From the NCBI GenBank assembly GCA_964016885.1, contig OZ024742.1, positions 286,936,001 through 287,000,000 of the forward strand: 64,000 nucleotides of DNA. Reading direction: 5' to 3'. The DNA is from Eledone cirrhosa (lineage: Eukaryota). This document shows positions 26,310-40,482 of the stretch, piece after piece; within the stretch, counting starts at the first letter, position 1, and every line of letters starts with the position of its first letter. The notes under the pieces are model-generated. The model made no database searches and was not told the DNA's origin. It worked only from the letters and a program-made list of their open reading frames with translations. The position numbers and the translations under genes are program-made.

Positions 26310-29208
26310 AAAATTTTTGCTTAATGCTCAAGGCATCAGTCCTTCCACCAATACTGGAAGATCGAATTTCTTTAGGATTGGGCTGATGACCATCCTAACC
26401 ACATCCCTTTCTTCGTTCTCACCGAAACCCATCTCAATCCCCTCCACTTGGAAGCCGAGGTGAAAGTGAAGAATTTCAACACTATCCGTGTAGAAGAAAG
26501 GGTGGGACTGCCATTTTTGTACATGATTCTAAGAATCATGAGGCTAAGAACATATTTTCCAATGGATACTGTGAAACAGTCACCGTGTACAGTAAAACCA
26601 ACAACTTAATAGTAGTTGGGCTCTATAGGCCACCCCAAACGCCTCAACCATGCTTCAAGGAATGCCTCAACAGCATAAAGTGTTCATCCAACAGTATCAC
26701 CCTGGCAACATCTTAATATTGGAGGACTTCAACCTCTCCGGTGTTTACTGGTCCACAAACAGCTTGATACCAGGTTTTTCCACCTCAACCCCTGGCAAGG
26801 AGGCAGTAGAATCGCTTCTTGACTTCATGGATGAACTTTCCCTGTCCCAACTTGTGCTCAAACCAACAAGGTGCCACATCTTCGACCTAATGTTCAGTAA
26901 CCACACTAACACTATCCACAATATTGCAGTGGGAAAAACTCTACTCTCAGACCATCACATGGTTCTCTGTGATCTGAGATTCCACCGTCCAAAAAGCAAA
27001 CCCAATGACATCTCTCCAGTTCATCCATTTGACACCATGGAACTTCATAATGCAAACTGGGAAGCGATCAACCATCCACATGTCGACTGGTCTTTCACGC
27101 ACACTCACACACACACACACCCATTAACATAAAAAAAATCCTGGCAGACATTTGTAGACACTGTAACAAATATATGTGCAAAACATACCCCCATTAAGAT
27201 CTGTAAACAAATCTATGTGCAAAATCTCTAGAAATAGAAGAACACTTATCAGAAAAATTAAAAGAATTAACAAAAAAATATAATATACTTAAATACTGCC
27301 AGCAGCAACACACCTATTTGACTGCCATTACATCACTAGAACCGAAAAAACGCAACCTTCAAAACAACATGATATCCATCATCAACAATCTAAGAGCAGC
27401 TGAAGAGGCCTGGGCCATTGAGAAAATGAAACTCAATCCAAAAGTATTCTTTTCATTTGCGAAAAACCACAAAGTAACTGGCTCTACTGTTGGCCCTCTA
27501 ATTGCTGAAAATGGTACTTTCCAAGATAATGCTAAAACCATGGGTGAGATACTGCAGAAACAATACTGCTCTGTTTTCAGAAATCATGATATGACTGTAT
27601 CAGTGATGTTAATCCCCAACACACTACATCGGACATAACGTTTGGCGCCCCTGATGTCTTAGTGGCAATAAAAGAAACTAAAGACAATTCACCAACTTGT
27701 GTTGACACCAACTTGCATCTCCTCTTGCTAATCTCTGGAGAAACCCACTGGATGCTGGATATATACCAGAAAACTTACTATCCCAGTCTGTTGTCCCAGT
27801 TTTCAAAAAGGGAAACAAATTTCTTGCCGTGAATTACCGTCTGATCTCACTCACCTCTCATATCATTAAGGTATTTGAGAGGGTGGTGAGATCACGAATA
27901 ACTCAATTTCTTGAAAGCAACAATCTGTTGAACTCCAACCAACATGGGTTCCGTAATGGAATGGATTGTCTAACGCAGTTACTGCATCACTTTGATGGAG
28001 AGGGCTCCAACACTAATGTCATCTACCTTGATTTCAGTAAGACCTTTGACAGGGTTATCATAACATTCTACTGAGAAAACTATCCAACATTAGTGTCACT
28101 GGAAAGTCGCTGCAGTGAATCAAGTGTTTCCTGTCAAACAGAGCCCAACATGTTGTAGTCGAAGGAGTAAAGTCAAGCCCAGCCAAAGTCTGTGGCGGTG
28201 TCCCACAAGGCACTGTGTTGGGCCCACTTCTTTTCATTATCTATATTAATAACATTACTAACATCATCAAGCACGGCAGCATATGAATCTTCGCAGATGA
28301 TTCCAAGCTCCAGAAGGTCGTCAATGGCGTGGGTGACTAGACATGCCTCCAATCAGATCTACTGGCTTTTATCCAATGGGCGGAAGAACAATATGCTGCT
28401 GAACGAGAATAAATTTGTGTTAATCCCCTTTGGAAAAGAGGATGCCCTGAAACTCCCATACTTCCTTCCTTCAGGTGAAACTCTCGTGGCATCCAACAAC
28501 ATCAGAGACTTGGCAGTGATTATGGACAACAACATAAGCTGGGCCACTCATATAAATAGCAAAGTTGACATGGCTCACAGAATGTGTTCCTTGATTCTCA
28601 GAACCTTCCAGTCGAGAGGTATCCACACTGTTACCCTTATCTTCTCCACTTTTGCCTGACCCCACGCGAAACAAAGTATCATGAAAATTGAAGCTCCTCA
28701 AAGGCCAATCACGAAAAAGATAGATAGTATGTCAGGCCTTGACTATTGGGGTCGACTAGAAAAATTCAAACTTTATTCTCTCCAACGTCGCCGTGAGCGC
28801 TACATTATCTGTATGATGTGGTAAATATTCCATCAGCATTGCCCAAATTATATTGGCATCACTTTTAAATTACACCCAAGGCTTGGGCCCCGTGCTATCC
28901 GCCCACAACAAAAATCAAACTCGCATCGCATAACAACAATACAGCACAATTATTTCACCTCAATTGACCCCGCTCTCTTTAATATTACACCAAAACACGT
29001 TAAGACAGAAACAGACCCCATATAGTTCAAGAAGTCTTTGGACAAATTCCTTCAAGAAATCCCGGATAAACCTCCTACTCCCGGATATGTCTCCGCAAAC
29101 AATAACTCCCTTCTTGAGTGTCCAAATCCTGATTTGAAAGACTTCGCCAGGTGGTGCTATTAAGTTAGACATGGCCTAGGCTAATACTGGCCAAAACCTA
29201 TCAAAGTT
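26310..29208 (+). mobile_element. Decayed APE-RT LINE (CR1/L2 group)
   Basis: LTETHL, YRPP, DFN and LSDHH (APE domain). NYRLISLTSHIIKVFE, QHGFR, YLDFSKTFD, GVPQGTVLGP and FADDSKL (RT domain). Many stops and frameshifts. Confidence 0.9.
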
Positions 29209-29288
29209 ATGGCTTTTTCTCTATATATATATACATATATCTTTTTCATTTGCTTTTATATATATACATACATGCACACACATACATA

Positions 29289-29339
<51 letters not shown>

Positions 29340-29759
29340 CAGTCGATCGACTTTCATCAAATCGGAGCGAGGAAACAATTTCTTTCCAATTGCTAATACT
29401 CTCTATTGGTCGCAACTCCAGGTAGAAGGAGCAACGTGAAATAAAGTGTCTTGCTCAAGGACATAACATATCAACCGGTCCGGGGATCGTGGTGGTGGTA
29501 GTATAAAGCCTATATTGGTGCATGCCACAAACAGTCGATTTAGCGTCGTGAGCGTAAGCTTTTCCATGTGTTTTCAGACCTAGCTAAATCCAAAAGTACA
29601 AGCCACATGGACTTGAAGTTTAGCGCGTTTGTAATAAGTATAGATCTAAATAGGTTGTGGTATATATAAAGTTTGTATATCGGATAATAAACGATATATT
29701 TACGAATTTGAAAGCCTTTAGCTATGAATTTTAAAAGTGGTAGCTGGTGCCACCTACCA

Positions 29760-29859
29760 AGTTCCAGCAGAAGCAAGAGGAAGTCACCGACAGCTGTTTC
29801 TGGCTTATTTGGTCGTTGTCAAGGTAACGCAGCCCTTTACCGCGCTTCATACTGGAACT
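29760..29859 (-). ncRNA. Type I hammerhead ribozyme (U3-A8), stem II degenerate
   Basis: gttacc-TTGACAA-cgaccaaataagcca-GAAA-cagctg-TC-ggtgac (core 29783-29828). Distal pairing agttccag/ctggaact. Confidence 0.6.
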
Positions 29860-30219
29860 CAAATAAGTGCAAACATAGTTTTAACGCTTATGTATAGTGG
29901 CTGATTAGCGTCATTTGCATACGAAGCTGTAGTCTGACTACAGAGTACAGAAGGTCGGAACGAATATTGGAATACACTCTTGCCATTATTCTAATCCCTG
30001 CTAATTCGATGCCTCCCACACCTTCACACTGGTTCAACATCAACCTACTTCAACTCACGACCCCCACACTCTAACCACTAGGCCGCTCTTCCCTTCATAC
30101 GAGACCAACCACAATTGTTTTGAACTCATGACCCACCAATGCACACTACATCTTAACCACTAGAAAACTCTCAGCTTCACAAAAACCATCACAAACCTAT
30201 TTGAACTTATCACCCACTA

Positions 30220-33200
30220 ATGTGTAGTCCAACACACTAACCACTAAGCCACCCTCCACCACCAATGTACAGTCCAGTACACTAACCACTCAGCCACCCT
30301 CCACCACTAATGTGTAGTCCAACACACTAACCACTAAGCCACCCTCCACCACCAATGTACAGTCCAGTACACTAACCACTCAGCCACCCTCCACCACCAA
30401 TGTACAGTCAACTACACTAACCACTAAGCCACCCTCCACCACCAATGTACAGTCCAGTACACTAACCACTCAGCCACCACCAATGTACAGTCCAGTACAC
30501 TAACCACTCAGCCACCCTCCACCACCAATGTACAGTCCAGTATACTAACCACTCAGCCACCCTCCACCACCAATGTACAGTCCAGTACACTAACCACTCA
30601 GCCACCCTCCACCACCAATGTACAGTCCAGTATACTAACCACTCAGCCACCCTCCACCACCAATGTACAGTCCAGTACACTAACCACTCAGCCACCCTCC
30701 ACCACCAATGTACAGTCCACTACACTAACCACTAAGCCACCCTCCACCACCAATGTACAGTCCAGTACACTAACCACTCAGCCACCCTCCACCACCAATG
30801 TACAGTCAACTACACTAACCACTAAGCCACCCTCCACCACCAATGTACAGTCCAGTACACTAACCACTCAGCCACCCTCCACCACCAATGTACAGTCAAC
30901 TACACTAACCACTAAGCCACCCTCCACCACCAATGTACAGTCCAGTACACTAACCACTCAGCCACCCTCCACCACCAATGTACAGTCAACTACACTAACC
31001 ACTAAGCCACCCTCCACCACCAATGTACAGTCCAGTACACTAACCACTCAGCCACCCTCCACCACCAATGTACAGTCAACTACACTAACCACTAAGCCAC
31101 CCTCCACCACCAATGTACAGTCCAGTACACTAACCACTCAGCCACCACCAATGTACAGTCCAGTACACTAACCACTCAGCCACCCTCCACCACCAATGTA
31201 CAGTCCAGTATACTAACCACTCAGCCACCCTCCACCACCAATGTACAGTCCAGTACACTAACCACTCAGCCACCCTCCACCACCAATGTACAGTCCAGTA
31301 TACTAACCACTCAGCCACCCTCCACCACCAATGTACAGTCCAGTACACTAACCACTAAGCCACCCTCCACCACCAATGTACAGTCCAGTACACTAACCAC
31401 TCAGCCACCCTCCACCACCAATGTACAGTCCACTACACTAACCACTAAGCCACCCTCCACCACCAATGTACAGTCCAGTACACTAACCACTCAGCCACCC
31501 TCCACCACCAATGTACAGTCAACTACACTAACCACTAAGCCACCCTCCACCACCAATGTACAGTCCAGTACACTAACCACTCAGCCACCCTCCACCACCA
31601 ATGTACAGTCAACTACACTAACCACTAAGCCACCCTCCACCACCAATGTACAGTCCAGTACACTAACCACTCAGCCACCCTCCACCACCAATGTACAGTC
31701 AACTACACTAACCACTAAGCCACCCTCCACCACCAATGTACAGTCCAGTACACTAACCACTCAGCCACCCTCCACCACCAATGTACAGTCAACTACACTA
31801 ACCACTAAGCCACCCTCCACCACCAATGTACAGTCCAGTACACTAACCACTCAGCCACCACCAATGTACAGTCCAGTACACTAACCACTCAGCCACCCTC
31901 CACCACCAATGTACAGTCCAGTATACTAACCACTCAGCCACCCTCCACCACCAATGTACAGTCCAGTACACTAACCACTCAGCCACCCTCCACCACCAAT
32001 GTACAGTCCAGTATACTAACCACTCAGCCACCCTCCACCACCAATGTACAGTCCAGTACACTAACCACTCAGCCACCCTCCACCACCAATGTACAGTCCA
32101 GTATACTAACCACTCAGCCACCCTCCACCACCAATGTACAGTCCAGTACGCTAACCTCTAGGCCACCCTCCACCACCAATGTACAGTCCAGTACACTAAC
32201 CACTAAGCCACCCTCCACCACCAATGTACAGTCCAGTACACTAACCACTCAGCCACCACCAATGTACAGTCCACTACACTAACCACTAAGCCACCCTCGA
32301 CCACCAATGTACAGTCCAGTACGCTAACCTCTAGGCCACCCTCCACCACCAATGTACAGTCCAGTACACTAACCTCTAGGCCACCCTCCACCACCAATGT
32401 ACAGTCCAGTACACTAACCACTAGGCCACCCTCCACCACCAATGTACAGTCCAGTACGCTAACCTCTAGGCCACCCTCCACCACCAATGTACAGTCCAGT
32501 ACACTAACCTCTAGGCCACCCTCCACCACCAATGTACAGTCCAGTACACTAACCACTAGGCCACCCTCCACCACCAATGTACAGTCCAGTACGCTAACCT
32601 CTAGGCCACCCTCCACCACCAATGTACAGTCCAGTACACTAACCACTAGGCCACCCTCCACCACCAATGTACAGTCCAGTACACTAACCTCTAGGCCACC
32701 CTCCACCACCAATGTACAGTCCAGTACGCTAACCCCTAGGCCACCCTCCACCACCAATGTACAGTCCAGTACACTAACCACTAGGCCACCCTCCACCACC
32801 AATGTACAGTCCAGTACGCTAACCTCTAGGCCACCCTCCACCACCAATGTACAGTCCAGTACGCTAACCCCTAGGCCACCCTCCACCACCAATGTACAGT
32901 CCAGTACACTAACCACTAGGCCACCCTCCACCACCAATGTACAGTCCAGTACACTAACCACTAGGCCACCCTCCACCACCAATGTACAGTCCAGTACGCT
33001 AACCACTCAGCCACCCTCCACCACCAATGTACAGTCCACTACACTAACCACTAAGCCACCCTCCACCACCAATGTACAGTCCACTACACTAACCACTAAG
33101 CCACCCTCCACCACCAATGTACAGTCCAGTACGCTAACCTCTAGGCCACCCTCCACCACCAATGTACAGTCCAGTACACTAACCCCTAGGCCACCCTCCA

Positions 33201-33285
33201 CCACCAATGTACAGTCCACTACACTAACCTCTAGGCCACCCTCCACCACCAATGTACAGTCCAGTACGCTAACCCCTAGGCCAAC
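30220..33285. repeat. 45-bp minisatellite (~68 units) with higher-order structure
   Basis: Unit aatgtacagtccagtacactaaccactcagccaccctccaccacc. 38-bp variant units occur at ~30462, 31130, 31843 and 32241. Confidence 0.95.
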
Positions 33286-33352
33286 CTAAATTTATTTCAT
33301 CTGCCAGTCTACAGACGATTGACAATAATTGAAAATATTTCGCTTCCTTCTT

Positions 33353-33353
33353 T

Positions 33354-33429
<76 letters not shown>

Positions 33430-33435
33430 CAACAA

Positions 33436-33478
<43 letters not shown>

Positions 33479-33615
33479 GACGACGACGACGACGACAACA
33501 ACAACATGATCATCCTCATCACGACCACCATTCCCATCACGACCACCATTCCCATCACGACCACCATAACCACCATCATCACTACCATCACCACCGCCAC
33601 CAGCGCCACCACCAT
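33353..33615. repeat. Compound trinucleotide microsatellite (CAA/CAG/CGA/CAC)
   Basis: Direct reading of the sequence. Confidence 0.9.
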
Positions 33616-34069
33616 CTCCTCTAGAACATGCCAGAATATTTATCGGTCGAATGACTTTAATCTGTGTTACCGTCAATCAATGTAAGTGGTGTCTGGTCTA
33701 CATAGATCGATATCAATTTATGATAATGATGATTAGATCTGTCCTCCACCTCCTCCTCCTCCTCCAGAATAGCAACTAAACAATCAAACTTCAACAGAAT
33801 CCTTCTTAATCCAATGGATTGTTCAGCTAATCACTCTTAATTCCTCCACGATGGAATATTGAAATTCAATTTTAAATTAAAACACGTGAGAGTCTGCCTA
33901 GTCTGGTCACCAAAATAGTTGACCTGACCTTCCACACTTATCAGCTTTACATGAAGGGCAGGCGTGGATAATAAACCAAAATCTTGGATTAACAAAATCA
34001 TCGGTTCGGTTTCGATTCCCAGATAATATCATTGTTGCTTTTTTTTAAATTTTTAGTCAATGCTCTTAG

Positions 34070-34480
34070 AGGCGTGTGGGCTAGTGGTAAGAGTGTTGGA
34101 CTTACGATCATAATGTCGTAGGTTCGATTCCTGGTCAGTATTAGTTAATTCCTTACTGTGTATATATACAGATATGTATTTATCATATATTCCAGCAGCT
34201 TAATGTACAACATTAATATTTTATCTACTATCGGGTTATGTTCATAAGATATTTTCAAAAATATGGTCTGGTGGTAAGGTTGTTGGACTTACGATCATAA
34301 TGCTGTGGGTTCGATTCCCGGACTGGGTTGTGTGTTGTGTTCTTGAGCAAAACGCTTTATTTTCACGTTCCTCCGGTATACTCAACTAAAAATGTGTACC
34401 AGCAATAGTTAAGGGTTTAACCATGCGATGGACTGGTGTCCTGTCCATTTGGGGAGTCTTGTACTCTCAGTCACTTACCG
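34070..34480 (+). mobile_element. Two tRNA-derived SINE heads/copies
   Basis: A box tggNNtagtgg and B box ggttcgattcc at 34076-34131 and 34265-34320. Confidence 0.7.
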
Positions 34481-36758
34481 TCACGGAAGACTGGTTCGAA
34501 AGAGAGAGATAGGAGAAAAGTTATCTCCTGAAGCTGAAGAGCTGGCCTGAATGTTTACTACAGATTCGACTCCGTTAAAGGTACCCAGGTGGTTGTATTA
34601 AACTAAGTGACGGATTAAGTCTACCACCCCATGTAGGCCACGGCAGGATTTGAACATAAACAAAGCATTCGTACTTCATTTTATCGACCCCGAAAGGATG
34701 AAAGGCAAAGTTAACATCAGCGAGATTTGAACTCAGTGTGCAGATATGATGAATGAATATTGCACGGCATTTCGTCTTACGTTCTAATGACTCAGCCAAT
34801 GCCTTTGGAAAGTCATGTACATCACAGCTTCACATATTTCTTTCTTTTTTTTTCTTTTTAACTAACTCCGGACGGAGTCGTAGGGCCACTGCATTAACAT
34901 ACGGCGTTTCTAGAACATTTTTCTTTAAATCTGGTGCAGCTCATCTCCTCTCTGTATCTGAATACAGCAGATTTCGACCAGAGAAGGATAGAGAGAGTGA
35001 AAGAATGGAAGTGAGACAAAGCTATAGAGGAAACATCGACCTTTTTTATCAACCTCGAATGGATCAAAAGCAAAGTTGACATCTGCGAGATTTGAACTCA
35101 GAGAGCAGAGAACCGAAACGAATACCACAAAGCATTCTATCCGACGTTCTAACGACTCTGCCAAATCGCCGCCTTTTGCTTTCCATATTATCTTTCCTTA
35201 AATGATAGTTGGCTGATTGGCAAAATGGTTAGAACGTCACAAAGAATTCATTACGATATATTTTCTAGAAACCTCTATATATTTTTCTAGAAATCTCTGC
35301 GTTCTGAATTCCTTTCGATATATTTTCTGCCATTTTCATTGCTCTGACTTCAAATCTTACTGATGTCAATTTTGATTTCATCCTGTCGAGAATTGATAAA
35401 TAAAGTACCAGTCCAGGACTGTGGGTTGACGAAATTGTTAGAACATCACACAATATGTTTCTGGCCCCCTCCCATTCAAGCCAGTCCCAGGGGTCTTAAA
35501 ATGGATCCTAGTCACTGCCCTTCCCTCCATAACTAAACAGTAAAAACACAAAATGGTAAGAGATTCGGTATAGACAAAATATGTAACTTAAGACGTCAGA
35601 GGTTTCGTTTTATTTTGTTATCCACAGGTGTTATCACCAATTAATCATAGGTCATTTTTGTTTGTGTTTTATCTATAGTCGCAATCGCCAATCAATCACA
35701 GGTAATTTTTTGCTTGTGTTTTATCCACAGGTGTTATCGCTAATCAATCACAGGTAATTTTTGTTTGTTTTTTCTTCACATGTGGATTTGAGCTCAGTAC
35801 TGCATGGCAACCAAACATTCATCAATAACACTGTGACCCACCATCTACCTGTCTTATTATTGCATAGGAACTAGAGTAATTCATGTTAGTTGTAAAGAAC
35901 ACTGTTTTAAAGCAGACATTTTCGACAACTGTACCTAAGCCATGATGCAATACTGCTATCAGCAAAATCTTATTACAATGATCTCTACTCCTTGGGGCTC
36001 AGTCGCCACCTCCACACATCCTCTATTGTGTGTCCAACTATGCAGATCGCACATTAATCCCTACCTCCAGTCTATCCTGTCCAGAATGTTGGCGCCCTTG
36101 AACTCCTTGATCAAATCTGTCATGTATTGAACTCGTTTTGAGTGATATCTAACAAGTGCCGTGTAATTGTTTAATTATTTAACGACAGCCAATCATATCA
36201 CAATCACGTGTTTCAAGTGTGTTCGTGTTTTTTGCCTATATATTATGCTTCAGCTAATTAGGTTCAGTGTTATTATACCCGCTGGGGTGAGCTTTGCCTT
36301 TCATCCTTACCGAGTCAATAAAGTACCAGTAATGCACTATGGTCGATTTAATCGACTTTCCCCTTGCCATTAATTGCTGGCCCTGTGCCTAAAGTAGAAA
36401 CAATTATTATTATACCCTCCGAGATTAGCTTTGCCTTTCATTCTTACGGAGTCGATAAAATAAAGTACCAGTAATGCACTGAGGTCGATTTAATCGACTC
36501 CGCCTCTCCCTCCACACACACACAAAATTGTTATCCGCGTGTCTAAATCAGAAACCATTATTGCTATATGTTAGCTTCAGTTCAACAGTTCTACAGTTTA
36601 TTCTGTTTCGTTGTGTAGAAATAGAAATGTATAAATTAATGTTCTTTATTCAATTATCTACGCACGTCGAGAAATAAACAAACACGACAAAATCTTTCGA
36701 AAAAGTATAGACTTATGGCAGTTGTAGTGGAACATTAATGGCATTGATTATGTCTATT

Positions 36759-37470
36759 TCTCTGTACATTATAAAATAGAGTAAGGAACATACAGTAAGC
36801 CCTTAATTTAAGGGACCAACCTAATATATAAAATTTAAACGATATTTTCTCTGCACATTATAAAATAAAGTAAGGAACACACAGTAAGCCCTTAATTTAA
36901 AGGACCAACCTTCTATATTAAATTTAACCTATATTTTCTCCGTACATAAAGAAACAGGGTGAGGTAGAATTAGTTAACCCTTAATTTAAGGGACTAACCT
37001 AATATATTAAATTTAACCTATATCTTCTCTGTGCGTTAGAAAATAGAGTGAGGTAGAATTAGTTAACACTTAGTTTAAGCGGCCAACCTAATATATAAAT
37101 TTCACCTACTTCTCTGTACATAAGAAAATAGAGTGAGGTAGATTGAATAAACCCTTAGTTTAAGTGGTCAACCTAATATATAAATTTAACCTACTTCTTC
37201 TCTGTACATAAGAAAATAGAGTGAGGTAGATTGAATAAACCCTTAGTTTAAGTGGCCAACCTAATATATAAATTTCACCTACTTCTCTGTACATAAGAAA
37301 ATAGAGTGAGGTAGATTGAATAAACCCTTAGTTTAAGTGGCCAACCTAATATATAAATTTAGCCGATAACTTCTATGTACATGAGGAAATAGTGAGGTAA
37401 AATTACTTAACCCTTAGAAAATAAAGTAAGGAAAATACAGTAAAATCTTAATTTAAGGGATCAACCTACA
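36759..37470. repeat. ~85-89-bp tandem repeat, ~8 units
   Basis: tctctgtaca...cccttaatttaag...aacctaatata recurs at 36759, 36848, 36937, 37026, 37111, 37199, 37284 and 37372. Confidence 0.9.
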
Positions 37471-37589
37471 GACAATACTTGCTCACCAACAAGACCATCG
37501 GTTTAACTGACCAAATATTAATGGTTTTTAATTGAGGATGAGAAAGTTTGCCTCCACAGAACAATAATGTTTTCTGACTGATTTAGGCC

Positions 37590-39070
37590 AACAATTTTTT
37601 AGGGCGGGTGGGTGGAGGGAATTGATTGAATCGAGCCAGTGAATTACTGGTACTTTATTTTAGCCACCTTGTGAGGATGAAAGGCAAAGCTAACCTTGGC
37701 GGGATTTGAACTCGGAACTTAAAAGAACGTAATTATATGCCGCGAAACATATTGTCCGATGCTCTACCGATACTACCAATTCACCGCCTTTAAATAATGG
37801 CGTCTTCTTTAGGCACAAGGTCAACCATTTTTGGGGAGGGGAAAGTCGATTAAATGCACCCCAGTACGTTACTTGTACTTTATTTTATCGACCCTTTAAG
37901 GATGAAAGGCAAAGCTAACCTTGGCGAGTTTTGAACAATAATAACTCCAGTTCCAGTGAAATACTCTTTACTCGGGTGAATATAGGAAAAGTCTAAATAA
38001 AACTCACACAAATATGTTCCATGTAAATACACAAGATATATAATTGTTTCTACTATTGGCACAAGGCCAGCAATTACCCAGTACATTACTGGTACTTTAT
38101 TTTATCGACCCCGTAAGGATGAAAGGCAAAGTTAACCTCGGCGGGATTTGAACTCAGAATGGCAAGGGCCGTAACTCTATGCGTCAAAGCATGGTGTCCG
38201 ACCCTCTACCGATACTGCCAATTCACCGCCAACACTAAATGTGTCGTGGGAGCAAAAGGAACTTAAGAAGAATAAAACAAAAAAGAACAGACTAGAAACC
38301 ATAAAAAATTGATAAGATATATAATGCCAAGAAAACCTGTGTTGCCAAGTGTTATTAACCAATAGGAAAAGTTGCTTTATATATATTAATGTTTACTTCG
38401 CTCTTGTAATTGTCTTGCTGGTTAAGTGGTAAGCGATAGAAACAGTTAAAGGGCTGGTCAGGAATTCAGTCTTGGTCAGTAATCAAACTTACCATTTTTT
38501 AATTTCTACTAAGTAAAAGAAGCTTTCATTTCCAAGCAATTTACTTATTTTCTAAAGGGAGATAACTCTAGCAAAAATTAAAAAGGGAAATAACTCTAAA
38601 AATGTAAGAGGAGATAACTCTAACAGAATGATAACGAAGGATAACAGTAGTATATAAAAATAATTGTTTCTACTTTTGGCACAAGGCCAGCAATTACTCA
38701 GTACATTACTGGTACTTTATTTTATCGACCCCGTAAGGATGAAAGGCAAAGTTAACCTCCGCGGGATTTGAACTCAGAACGTAAAGGGACGTAACTATGC
38801 TGGTAAGCATGTCCGATCCTCTACCGATACTGCCAATCCACCAAAAAAATAATGATTTCTAGTATAGGCACAAGGCCAATAATTTGGGACGAGGGAAAAG
38901 TCGATTAAATCGACCCTAGTACGTTACTGGTGCTTTATTTTATCGACCCCGTAAGGATGAAAGACAAAGTTAACCTCGGCGGGATTTGAACTTAGACTGT
39001 AAAGGAGCGTAACTCTATCCCCCAAAACATGGTGTCCGACTCTCTACCGATACTGCCAATCCACCGCCAC
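37590..39070 (-). mobile_element. Cluster of tRNA-derived SINE copies
   Basis: Repeated ggtactttattttatcgaccccgtaaggatgaaaggcaaagttaacctcggcgggatttgaac. Also seen at ~34670, 35040, 36285, 40000, 46236 and 59445. Confidence 0.8.
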
Positions 39071-40224
39071 TAGCATAAAAAATAATGATGAAAATTATTC
39101 TGTTCAGTTCTCAAGTGCAAAGAAAAAAAGAAGTTGCCATCGGTCGCTGTGAGGAATTTAACCTCATACCTTCCAGATACTGGTTAGACGCTTTAACCAT
39201 TAAGCTAAGAAGCCACGTAACTGACTTCCAATTAAGCTGAGTCCTCAAGCTAACAAAACATGCTCTTACACTCATTTAGGGGTTAATCCGTCATGTGGTC
39301 ACTGGACACAATGGAGGATACTTTACCGCGGAGGATGGCGAGGGATACCTGGTTAGACTAGTCATGATAATTGAAATTAAGAAATCAAGGTTGAAAATAT
39401 TCTAAAAAATTATAGGGAATGTATCAAATTATTGATTTGAAGAGTTGGGTGTGTCTGTATTTGGTAAAGGGAACTCAAACGCAGATATAATAACTGTAAA
39501 AAAATTGGCCGTTATAAATTATCATAGCATAGAGAATCGGATAAACAACCTCTTATGAACGGAAGAGCAGCCAGAGAAGAAGAAAGGGAATGAAGAGGAT
39601 AGAACTTATGGAATATGTCGAGAAATGTATTGACGTGAAGAAGAATGGAATATTAGTAGAGAAATGAAAAAGCAATATTTCATCATATATGCAGACACAG
39701 CGTCAACAGATTACCTCATCAGCTCTCTACTGTCCGCATGATTTCACATGTTATGGAAGTATCACGCATTTTAGGTGTGTCCGAACAACCGAACAAACAT
39801 TTCTGTCAATAACTACTTGTTTTTAAATTAAGAAATAAGGAATTATATTTTTCGTTCGGTTTCAGTGAAAGACACAAAAGAATGGCGTCAAAACTGTCAT
39901 CCATATTTCTTTTTAAGAAGAAAATATTTATATAAACCGTTGAACTCTTTCCAGGCTGGAACATAGCCATTTCTTTCAGAGATAATTTTATATATATAAT
40001 GGTTTCTGATGTAGGCACAATGCCAGCAATTTTGAGGGAGGGGGGGGGGTTCGATCAAACCGTCACCAGTGCATGACTGGTACTTCATTTTATCGACCTC
40101 GTAAGGATAAAAGGTAAAGCTAACCTCGCCTTTCATAATAATTGTTTCTACTTTTGGCACAAGGCTAACAATTATCCTAGTGTATTACTGGTACTTTATT
40201 TTATCGACCTTTCATAATAATAAT

Positions 40225-40291
<67 letters not shown>

Positions 40292-40482
40292 TAACAGATT
40301 AAAGTTTAAGCAAAGAATCGCTGCTTTCACTCTTAACGGGATCTTCAGAAGATCCCAATAAGGGTGAAAGCAGCGATTCTTTCTATATTTGATATATATT
40401 TATCCTTATCGAGGCCGCTTTGGGTTTTAGTCTTCAAATTTATTATTATTACTATATATATATATATATATATATACATATA

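Noticed and set aside
30220-33285. CRISPR-like periodicity and WWWRVAEW / VVEGGL ORFs
   Set aside because: There are no unique spacers and no cas genes, and the context is eukaryotic; this is a simple minisatellite.
33319-33624. PolyQ/polyHis ORF (and polyHis/Pro at 3621-3857)
   Set aside because: Trinucleotide microsatellites with no flanking coding complexity.
35615-35790. ~52-bp tandem units containing acceptor/donor-like ccacag...caggtaa (micro-exon array?)
   Set aside because: Only about three degenerate units and no gene context on that strand.
39141-39215. tRNA-like sequence on the minus strand
   Set aside because: The acceptor and anticodon stems do not pair well; it is a SINE head, not a tRNA gene.
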